Source of the DNA: Firmicutes bacterium CAG:194
Lineage (GTDB): Bacteria > Bacillota > Clostridia > Lachnospirales > Lachnospiraceae
Assembly (NCBI GenBank): GCA_000432915.1
Contig: HF995227.1
Location: forward strand, 1-32,000
Direction of reading: 5' to 3'
DNA: 32,000 nt
Shown: in pieces, positions 25,005-32,000 of the stretch
How positions within the stretch are numbered: the first letter of the stretch is position 1
Layout: each line of letters opens with the position of its first letter
Translations under genes and position numbers: made by a program
Notes under the pieces: model-generated
What the model saw: the letters and a program-made list of their open reading frames with translations, nothing else
Told to the model about the DNA's origin: nothing
Database searches by the model: none

Positions 25005-25145
25005 CATTTCGCAAGGTAGCCAAACGTGATTGCGGTTATATGCTGTTCCTGTTTTTATATCATATTTTATAATTTATTTAGCAGTATTTTGCCCATGCCC
25101 TGCCTCATATACTGAAATAGCAGAACATGCAGGAAAGGAATATAT

Positions 25146-25742
25146 ATGCTGAATTATATCTGGGCATTTATGATCATCATTGGCATTATTTACGGATCGC
25201 TGACAGGCCATATGGCAGAACTCAGTAATGCAGCACTTGACAGCGCAAAAGAAGCCGTAACACTCTGCATTACAATGCTTGGTGTCATGGCACTCTGGGT
25301 CGGTCTCATGCAGATCGCCCAAAAAGCGGGCATTATCGCATCCATGACGAAAAAGCTCCGCCCGTTTCTTTTGTTTCTGTTTCCGCGCCTGCGCTATGAA
25401 GATATTGCTCTCGAATACATTTCCACCAATGTGGTCGCCAACATTTTAGGGCTGGGCTGGGCATGTACCCCCGCGGGACTGAAAGCCATGGAGGAACTTG
25501 GCAAAATACAGCGAAAAAACAAAGCCTGCAAGGATCCGACTGCTGCCAGCAATGAAATGTGCAACTTCCTGATCCTGAATATTTCTTCCCTGCAGCTCAT
25601 TCCGGTTAATATCATCGTCTACCGCAGCCAATATGGCAGCGTAACACCGACTTCTATTATCATGCCCGCCATACTTGCCACGACCTGCTCCACACTTGCG
25701 GGCATTTTGTTTATCAAATTTGCCGACAGAAGTCCTTCTTAA
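25146..25742 (+). CDS. spmA: Spore maturation protein A (nucleoside-recognition/Gate domain)
   Basis: Characteristic N-terminus MLNYIWAFMIIIGIIYG. Membrane protein followed directly by spmB. A CATATACT (sigma-E-like -10) lies at about 25105-25112. Confidence 0.85.
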   Translation: MLNYIWAFMIIIGIIYGSLTGHMAELSNAALDSAKEAVTLCITMLGVMALWVGLMQIAQKAGIIASMTKKLRPFLLFLFPRLRYEDIALEYISTNVVANILGLGWACTPAGLKAMEELGKIQRKNKACKDPTAASNEMCNFLILNISSLQLIPVNIIVYRSQYGSVTPTSIIMPAILATTCSTLAGILFIKFADRSPS

Positions 25743-25846
25743 ATGTAACCTGATATGCCAATCATGCGGTACATAGCAGTCTTTTCAGTAAAAATCTGTC
25801 GTCTGCTTTTCATGCATAAATATATAAAACGGAAAGGATCTGAGCC

Positions 25847-26371
25847 ATGAACATTCTTGCGAATCTCTCCAATATCATCATCCCACTTCTCATTTTCTAT
25901 ATCGTAGCATATGGGATCAGTGCACATGTCAATGTCTATGATGAATTTTTAGAAGGTGCCAGGTCTGGTATGCAGACTGTTATCTCGATCGCACCTACGA
26001 TGATCGGACTGATGATCGCAGTTGGAGTCCTGCGGGCCTCCGGCTTTCTGGATTTTGTGGGAAGTCTGTGCAGCCGGCTGTTTTCCGATGCTGATATTCC
26101 TGCTCCGATCATGCCCCTTTTGCTCATCAAAATGTTTTCCTCTTCCGCCGCAACCGGGCTTGTCCTTGATATCTTCAAGGAATATGGACCGGACAGCCAG
26201 ACCGGACTTCTGACCTCCCTCATCATGAGTTCGACCGAAACTATATTTTACACCATGTCCGTTTATTTTATGGCTGCAAAAATAAAGAAAACCCGCTACA
26301 CACTGCCCGGTGCACTTGTTGCAACCCTGGCGGGCGTGATAGCGAGTTTCCTGATCGTTCGTTTTTTATAA
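25847..26371 (+). CDS. spmB: Spore maturation protein B
   Basis: 174-aa membrane protein paired with spmA (NIIIPLLIFYIV...GLMIAVGVLR). SD GGAAAGGA. Confidence 0.85.
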   Translation: MNILANLSNIIIPLLIFYIVAYGISAHVNVYDEFLEGARSGMQTVISIAPTMIGLMIAVGVLRASGFLDFVGSLCSRLFSDADIPAPIMPLLLIKMFSSSAATGLVLDIFKEYGPDSQTGLLTSLIMSSTETIFYTMSVYFMAAKIKKTRYTLPGALVATLAGVIASFLIVRFL

Positions 26372-26404
26372 GCTGATTGCGGTATATCTCTTCACATAGA
26401 ATAC

Positions 26405-26638
26405 TTAAGCTTCTACACCTTTTGATTTCATATACTCTACAATATCACCTACAGTAGTGATCTTCTCTAAATCTTCAGAAGGGATTTCAACACCGTATTC
26501 TTCTTCAAATGCCATAACAAGTTCAAATAAATCTAAGGAATCTGCTCCTAAGTCATCCTTGAAAGAAGAATCTTCTGTAATTTCCACTCCATCCAGATTT
26601 AACTGCTCTTTGATAATTTCTACAACTCTTTCTAACAT
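26405..26638 (-). CDS. acpP: Acyl carrier protein
   Basis: 77 aa, acidic, with the phosphopantetheine site LGADSLD. SD AAAGGAG. Confidence 0.9.
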   Translation of the reverse strand: MLERVVEIIKEQLNLDGVEITEDSSFKDDLGADSLDLFELVMAFEEEYGVEIPSEDLEKITTVGDIVEYMKSKGVEA

Positions 26639-26705
26639 ATTTCGTTCTCCTTTAAAATTCGTAAAATAAGTATTCCATTATTCTATTGGCGCTCTTTGCT
26701 ACATG

Positions 26706-26734
26706 ATTATAATATGCACGGATTGCATTGTAAA
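26706..26734 (-). promoter_or_regulatory. Sigma-A-type promoter for the ACP gene
   Basis: Minus strand TTTACA (26729-26734) - 17 nt - TATAAT (26706-26711), about 68 nt upstream of the ACP start. Confidence 0.6.
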
Positions 26735-26743
26735 TAGAATTCC

Positions 26744-27595
26744 CTATTTTTTTACATTTATTAAATAATTGTAAACCTCTCGTTTGCTGATCCCCCGGTC
26801 TTTTGCAACCGCCTTCATCGCTTCCTTGTGATCCATTCCCTGCTCCTCATACAATGCCATATGTTCTTCCATGGACATTTCTTCATAAACAGCCCGCTGA
26901 TCTGCTAAAACCGCTTCCCGGCTCTTTCCTTCAATCACAAGCACATATTCACCGCGCGGCTCATTTGCTTCATAATAGGAAAGTGCCTCTGCAAGTGTCG
27001 TTGGCATGACTGTCTCAAATTTCTTTGTCAGCTCCCGGCAGATCGTAATGCGTCTGTCACCAAGTGTATCAAACAAAAGCTGCAATGTTTTGATCAGATG
27101 ATGCGGCGCTTCGTATAAAATGATCGTTCTTTTCTCAGTTTTCAGATCTTCCAGAATAAGCTGTCTTTCTTTTTTATCTGCCGGCAAAAAAGCCTCAAAA
27201 CAAAATCTCCTCGTTGGCAGCCCTGACAGAGTAAGCGCCGTGATGCAGGCAGCAGGTCCGGGCAGGGAAGTAACGGTAATGCCTGCTTCCTGACACATCT
27301 TTACTAAAACTTCTCCCGGATCGGAGATCGCGGGCGTTCCAGCATCCGTGATCAGAGCAATATCAGCCCCCTCTTTCATTTTTTCTATTAAAGCATATGC
27401 CTTTTCTACCTTATTATACTCATGATAGCTTGTCATCGGCGTATGAATTTCGAAATGATTCAAAAGCCTGATGCTGTTTCTCGTATCCTCACAAGCGATC
27501 AGATCGACCTGTGATAAAGTCTCCCGGATACGGGGCGACATATCTCCCAGATTTCCGATCGGCGTCGCACATAAATATAAAGTTCCCTGTGCCAT
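26744..27595 (-). CDS. rsmI: 16S rRNA (cytidine1402-2'-O)-methyltransferase
   Basis: N-terminus GTLYLCATPIGNLGDMSPR...ACEDTR. Tetrapyrrole-methylase fold plus the typical C-terminal helical tail. Confidence 0.92.
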   Translation of the reverse strand: MAQGTLYLCATPIGNLGDMSPRIRETLSQVDLIACEDTRNSIRLLNHFEIHTPMTSYHEYNKVEKAYALIEKMKEGADIALITDAGTPAISDPGEVLVKMCQEAGITVTSLPGPAACITALTLSGLPTRRFCFEAFLPADKKERQLILEDLKTEKRTIILYEAPHHLIKTLQLLFDTLGDRRITICRELTKKFETVMPTTLAEALSYYEANEPRGEYVLVIEGKSREAVLADQRAVYEEMSMEEHMALYEEQGMDHKEAMKAVAKDRGISKREVYNYLINVKK

Positions 27596-27622
27596 GTTTT
27601 TCCTCTCTATTTTCTTTCAGCT

Positions 27623-28417
27623 TTATAATTTCTGCTTTTCGCTGCTTTCCTGTCCGTCATGATTTCTTTTATCATACACTTCCGGCTTATAAATATCATA
27701 AATCTCATCTGTATACTCGCCTACTGCTTTGTATACGATCAGCGGTTTTTCCACCGTCACACGGGAATTTGCGCCTTTTTTTGCCTCGATCAGCACCATA
27801 TTGGGCTCTTTATCCACATATGGATATACAAAACGCATCCGTTTCGGCTCTAACTGATATTTTGTCATTGCTGTGATAATCTCTGCCAGTCGGAAAGGTC
27901 TGTGTACCATATAAAAATAACCGCCCGGTACTAAAACTGTCGACGCTGCCCTGACCACATCCTCCAGATCGCAGAGCACCTCATGCCTTGCGATCGTTTT
28001 GGGCATGGATGGATTCTGCAGCCCATGTCCGCCGATCATATACGGCGGATTTGAAGTCACAACGTCAAAAGAAGCAGCGCCAAACAGGCTTCCTGCTTCT
28101 TTGATATCACCCGTTACAATGGAAATTTTATCTTCCAGATCGTTGTAGCGCACACTGCGCCTTGCCATATCCGCACTTTTTTCCTGAATCTCCAGTCCCG
28201 TCAGATGGGAAGCCTCTGTTTTTGCTTCCAGCAGGATCGGAATGATTCCCGTTCCGGTTCCGAGATCCAAAACACGCTGCCCCTTTTTGACTTTGGCATA
28301 GCCTGACAGCAGTACTGCATCCATGCCAAAGCAAAAACCATCCGGATTTTGGATTATTTTGTAATTTTTTCTACCCAGATCATCAAGCCTTTCCTTTTCT
28401 AAAAGCTCAATCTTCAT
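27623..28417 (-). CDS. tRNA (adenine-N6)-methyltransferase, YabB/TrmN6-like
   Basis: SAM motif VLDLGTGTG and catalytic NPPY (SNPPYM). The ATG at 28415-28417 overlaps the upstream PSP1 gene by 11 nt (ATGAAGATTGA). Confidence 0.85.
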   Translation of the reverse strand: MKIELLEKERLDDLGRKNYKIIQNPDGFCFGMDAVLLSGYAKVKKGQRVLDLGTGTGIIPILLEAKTEASHLTGLEIQEKSADMARRSVRYNDLEDKISIVTGDIKEAGSLFGAASFDVVTSNPPYMIGGHGLQNPSMPKTIARHEVLCDLEDVVRAASTVLVPGGYFYMVHRPFRLAEIITAMTKYQLEPKRMRFVYPYVDKEPNMVLIEAKKGANSRVTVEKPLIVYKAVGEYTDEIYDIYKPEVYDKRNHDGQESSEKQKL

Positions 28418-29336
28418 CAAGTTTTGATTTTCCTTCCTTTTTCTCCAGGTTTTCCAGTTCCTTTAATGCCTTATCTTCCGCGCTCTGCTTTTTATCACCG
28501 CGCTCTTCCTTGTCACGTCTGCCTCGTCTGCGGAATTTCAACTGTTCTACTTTATATTCCCGGATCTCTTTTTCTTCTCCGTCATCTACCAGAACCTTAA
28601 CAAGCTGGCGCAGTACATTCACACTATGTACCTCACCCTTCAGACCATCATCCGTTGTGACACGGTCACCGACATTCGGAAGTCTTCTGTTCAGCTCTTC
28701 GTATGTTTCTTCTTCATTTTTCAGACAGCACATCAGTCTGCCACAGACACCGGATATCTTTGTCGGATTCAGGGAAAGATTCTGTTCCTTTGCCATTTTG
28801 ATGGAAACCGGTGCAAATTCATCCAGAAATGTATGACAGCAGAGCGGACGACCGCAAATACCGATCCCACCTACGATCTTTGTCTCATCTCTGACACCGA
28901 TCTGACGAAGCTCGATCCTTGTCTTAAAGACTGCTGCCAGATCCTTTACAAGCTCACGGAAGTCCACACGTCCGTCTGCAGTAAAATAAAATAACACTTT
29001 ATTATTGTCAAATGTGTATTCTGCATCGATCAGCTTCATATCCAGCTTATGCTTTTTGATCTTTTCCAAACAGACAGCCATTGCACTTTTTTCTTTTTCG
29101 CGGTTGGAAGCTTCCTGCTTGTCATCCTTCGGGGTTGCAATACGGATCACCGGTTTGAGCGGTGCTGTGATCTCATCATCCGCGATTTCCTTAATGCCAA
29201 GTACCACTGTTCCGTATTCTACACCACGGGCAGTTTCCACTATAACATGCTCCCCTTTTTTGATATCAAGCTTCTGGGGATCAAAGTAATAAATCTTTCC
29301 TGCGCTGCGGAATCTGACTCCTACAACTTTTATCAT
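28407..29336 (-). CDS. ricT: PSP1-domain protein (YaaT/RicT)
   Basis: PSP1 core with a Cys cluster (GICGRPLCCHTFL...GVCGRLMCCL), conserved position after holB, and a K/E/R-rich C-terminal tail. Confidence 0.9.
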   Translation of the reverse strand: MIKVVGVRFRSAGKIYYFDPQKLDIKKGEHVIVETARGVEYGTVVLGIKEIADDEITAPLKPVIRIATPKDDKQEASNREKEKSAMAVCLEKIKKHKLDMKLIDAEYTFDNNKVLFYFTADGRVDFRELVKDLAAVFKTRIELRQIGVRDETKIVGGIGICGRPLCCHTFLDEFAPVSIKMAKEQNLSLNPTKISGVCGRLMCCLKNEEETYEELNRRLPNVGDRVTTDDGLKGEVHSVNVLRQLVKVLVDDGEEKEIREYKVEQLKFRRRGRRDKEERGDKKQSAEDKALKELENLEKKEGKSKLDED

Positions 29337-29338
29337 GC

Positions 29339-30331
29339 TTAATTCTCCTTTATTGTCAGTAAAAGCAATTCCATCGTCAGATCAAAATTAACGTTGGCAC
29401 GTAATCTTGATTTTGCCTTTTCCAATGCATCTAAAATGATCTCAATGCCTTCATATGCACTCTGGTTTGCTATTTTTTTAATATACTGCAATTCGTCCTT
29501 AAAAATCAACTGATTTGCGTCATTTGTCGCTTTAAAGAGCAGTACATCACGATACCAGACAGATAAAATGTCCAGATAATCATTGATATCTATTTTATAG
29601 TCATTGATCTTTTTGATCGCTGACATAATATCCGTAATTTCCATATCGTGGATATATTTGAGCAGACTGACAGCCTCTGTTTTGATATTGTCAAATTCTT
29701 CACTGGCAGCAAGCGCCTTGGCTTTGCCGAGATTGCCTCTTGCAAAAGCGGTACAGACATCTGCCTTATAATCCGGTACGTGGATCTCTTCCATCAGATA
29801 TTTTTTGATGATCTCATCCTTTACAGGCTTCATATTTAATACCACGCATCTGCTCAGTATCGTAGACAGCATAGAATCAATATTGGAAGTCAGCAGGATG
29901 ATCACTGCGTAAGCAGGCGGCTCTTCAAGCGTTTTTAACAGTGCATTCTGTGCCTGCACGGTCATTTTTTCCGCCTCACTGATAATATAGATCTTCCAGT
30001 CACTGCTGTATGGCTTAATGATGATATCGTCATTGACTCCTGTACGGATATCCTCTACACCGATCGTTGCAGGCTTTTCATGTGTGACCCTGATGATATC
30101 CGGATGATTACCGGAAAGTGCCTGCTTGCAGGAATGACATTCATTACATGGCTTTTCCTGCCCGGTACTTTCGCACTGCAGCGCCATGGCAAACACATTG
30201 GCAATAAATTCCTTACCGCTGCTGCGCTCCCCATTGATAATATAGGCATGAGAAATCTTGCCTGATGCGATCGCATTCTCTAAATGATCCACGATCTGCT
30301 CTTGTCCGTAAATATCTTTAAAGTTAGGCAT
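29339..30331 (-). CDS. holB: DNA polymerase III delta' subunit
   Basis: AAA+ clamp-loader fold with HAYIINGERSSGK, zinc module CNECHSCK, and SRC (LSRC). I prefer the ATG at 30331 (MPNFKDIYGQE, AAGGGG upstream) over the ORF-track start at 30376. Confidence 0.9.
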   Translation of the reverse strand: MPNFKDIYGQEQIVDHLENAIASGKISHAYIINGERSSGKEFIANVFAMALQCESTGQEKPCNECHSCKQALSGNHPDIIRVTHEKPATIGVEDIRTGVNDDIIIKPYSSDWKIYIISEAEKMTVQAQNALLKTLEEPPAYAVIILLTSNIDSMLSTILSRCVVLNMKPVKDEIIKKYLMEEIHVPDYKADVCTAFARGNLGKAKALAASEEFDNIKTEAVSLLKYIHDMEITDIMSAIKKINDYKIDINDYLDILSVWYRDVLLFKATNDANQLIFKDELQYIKKIANQSAYEGIEIILDALEKAKSRLRANVNFDLTMELLLLTIKEN

Positions 30332-30437
30332 ATCCTTACCCCTTTTCGTTTCGCACATTATGATATTTGTTTTCACTTAAGATAATTCTCTCTTGCAATT
30401 GCCAGATGATGTATGCTTCTATGGAAATCCATCGTTT

Positions 30438-30878
30438 CTATGTAAAAATATCCAGTAATAATCCCCGGATCTCACCGATCTTATTCAGTATCGCAATATG
30501 ATCCTTTTCATCCTTTACAAGCTCTCTTGCAAGTTCATCCAGCGTATCATCCACCTGTTTGATGATCCCATAAACACGGTGTCTGCCACGCCTGTCCAAA
30601 AAATTTTCTCTGGAAAACTTATGGCTTCTTGTGACTACTTCATTTAAAAAGGATTTCACGAGCGAACGATACCTGCGCATATCTTTGATATCCATCTTTT
30701 TGGAAATGCGGTCACCCTGTCTGGTGATCTCCTCCATCATGGCGGTAAGACGAACCTGCAGATCCTGCTCTTCAATATGGCTGGCCAGTGTGAACTTAAA
30801 GCTGCCGTCGGTCTGCTGCGTCTGGCTGACTGCATCAGTCTGCGTTACGGGCATCGTCTGATTTACTTTAATGTCCAT
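30438..30878 (-). CDS. yaaR: YaaR-family protein (DUF327)
   Basis: 146 aa, in the conserved position upstream of holB. SD AGGGGGTGG. Confidence 0.8.
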   Translation of the reverse strand: MDIKVNQTMPVTQTDAVSQTQQTDGSFKFTLASHIEEQDLQVRLTAMMEEITRQGDRISKKMDIKDMRRYRSLVKSFLNEVVTRSHKFSRENFLDRRGRHRVYGIIKQVDDTLDELARELVKDEKDHIAILNKIGEIRGLLLDIFT

Positions 30879-30920
30879 CTGTCCACCCCCTTATGTGTTA
30901 TAACAATTTTAAATGAACGT

Positions 30921-30994
30921 ATTATATGATGTCGGGGGCAAAAGCCCCGAATTTGATGCCTACGAATTGTTCCGTGCGTAGCACGTAGCAATTC
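30921..30994. repeat. Structured intergenic repeat, family 2, copy 2
   Basis: Core 30952-30977 is 23/26 identical to 17673-17698. It has the hairpin GAATTG...CAATTC (30964-30969 / 30989-30994) with an inner stem CGTGC-GTA-GCACG (30973-30985). Confidence 0.8.
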
Positions 30995-31113
30995 TACCCA
31001 ATATAAGCAGGCTCACATAGGTTTAGACCTTTTGACCCTAGCATCATTATATCTTAGTATACCATGAAATGCACCTGCAAGATAGATATTTCTATGTACA
31101 ATCCTATTCTGGA

Positions 31114-31710
31114 TCAGATTCTTTTTCTCATTTCATGGAGAATGTATTCTTTAAGCTCTGCAATGCAAACATCCAGCTCATCATTCAGAAATTCCTTTTC
31201 AATACCGGCTTCTTTTTTCTTTTCCGGTGAGAAATCCGCCGCATCCGCCAGATAACGCCTGCACATTTCATCATATTTTGGCTGATCCTGTGCCATTTCC
31301 CGATCAAGTGCACGGCGCAGTCTAATCCCATCGTCCAGCTCTATCATAAGCGGGATCACTTTTTCTTCTCCGTAAAATGCTTTTGTTTTGCAGAAGGATT
31401 CAATTGTTCCGATGATCAGATAATTTTCCCTGTCTAAATCGATATGTGCATCTACTGTACAGTATTTCCAAATACCAAAGCAGGTATCATAGGCGCGAAG
31501 CTCTATGATCCTGCCCTCTTTTTCCAGATTTGCAAGCTGCTCTTCTGTTATGAAATGATACTCGATACCTTCCTGTTCTCCCTGCCTGATCGGCCTTGTC
31601 GTGTACAGTACGATGTTTTTCAGATGCAGATCTTCATCTGCCATTAACTGTTTGTATATTGTATCTTTGCCTGAGGAGCTTTTGCCCATCAGATAAAATA
31701 TTTTGCCCAT
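31114..31710 (-). CDS. Guanylate-kinase-like protein (divergent paralogue)
   Basis: P-loop GKSSSGKDT and TTRPIRQGEQEGIEYHF. The region that normally reads ...YYGT is divergent. Confidence 0.75.
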   Translation of the reverse strand: MGKIFYLMGKSSSGKDTIYKQLMADEDLHLKNIVLYTTRPIRQGEQEGIEYHFITEEQLANLEKEGRIIELRAYDTCFGIWKYCTVDAHIDLDRENYLIIGTIESFCKTKAFYGEEKVIPLMIELDDGIRLRRALDREMAQDQPKYDEMCRRYLADAADFSPEKKKEAGIEKEFLNDELDVCIAELKEYILHEMRKRI

Positions 31711-31718
31711 GTCCGTTC

Positions 31719-32000
31719 CTATACTTCAATCACTCTGATCATATTGGTTCTGCCGGAAATACCGAGCGGAACGCCTGCTGTCAGAACAACGATATCACCC
31801 TTCTTGATGTATCCTGCTTTTTCCGCTGCTCTGGTTGCTTCCTCAAACAGCACATCTGCCTTATCTTCTTTTTCAATAAGGAGCGGTGCTACGCCCCAGG
31901 AAAGAGACAACTGTCTGCAGACTCTCGGATTTACGCTGCATCCGATGATCGGACAGCCCGGTTTGTATCTGGAGATCATACCGGCCGTAAAGCCTGACAT
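31719..32000 (-). CDS. pyk: Pyruvate kinase, C-terminal domain only (the 5' part lies beyond the window end)
   Basis: ...ISRYKPGCPIIGCSVNPRVCRQLSLSWGV...GDIVVLTAGVPLGISGRTNMIRVIEV is the typical PK C-terminal regulatory domain. The leading M in the ORF track is internal. Confidence 0.85.
   Translation of the reverse strand: MSGFTAGMISRYKPGCPIIGCSVNPRVCRQLSLSWGVAPLLIEKEDKADVLFEEATRAAEKAGYIKKGDIVVLTAGVPLGISGRTNMIRVIEV

Noticed and set aside
1-32000. Search for tRNA/rRNA genes, IS elements, prophage, integrase, toxin-antitoxin or defence-island signatures
   Set aside because: No tRNA-like T-arm or acceptor patterns were seen, and no rRNA. No transposase or integrase translations appeared in any listed ORF. 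The gene content is core housekeeping with conserved Firmicute synteny.

Overview
This is a chromosomal, mostly housekeeping window from a spore-forming Firmicute. Gene content looks Clostridia/Lachnospiraceae-like: spmA/spmB, a T-box-controlled metG, and yaaR-holB-yaaT-yabB-rsmI synteny. I call 32 protein genes, 26 on the minus strand and two cut by the window edges.

Gene content in order:
- A YesN/YesM-type two-component system followed by a YtfQ/YtfR-like sugar ABC transporter.
- tadA plus a membrane zinc-ribbon protein.
- An orphan NrdG-like radical-SAM activase.
- A hypothetical protein carrying a perfect 36-nt tandem repeat.
- A PucR-family regulator and msmX.
- The operon metG - alpha/beta hydrolase - DUF1002 - GNAT.
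- Two divergently transcribed GT-C membrane glycosyltransferases, then DUF885.
- A membrane-anchored Mrr-type nuclease-fold protein.
- An AEC transporter, a methyltransferase and a DHH/DHHA1 phosphoesterase.
- spmAB and an orphan ACP.
- The rsmI / tRNA m6A methyltransferase / PSP1 / holB / yaaR block.
- A guanylate-kinase-like gene and the 3' end of pyruvate kinase.

I found no rRNA, tRNA, CRISPR, transposase, integrase, phage or recognisable defence genes, and I see no convincing new multi-gene system.

The signal the genes do not explain is non-coding:
- Two families of short structured intergenic repeats. Family 1 is at 9506-9723 and 15444-15565. Family 2 is at 17638-17716 and 30921-30994. 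Their placement is conserved relative to terminators and start codons, and their stems show compensatory changes.
- Hairpins closed by C-G with GNA triloops recur across intergenic DNA.
- An unassigned structured segment of about 220 nt lies at 24802-25020.

All product calls rest on motif and family recognition by eye from the translations. No database search or folding program was run.
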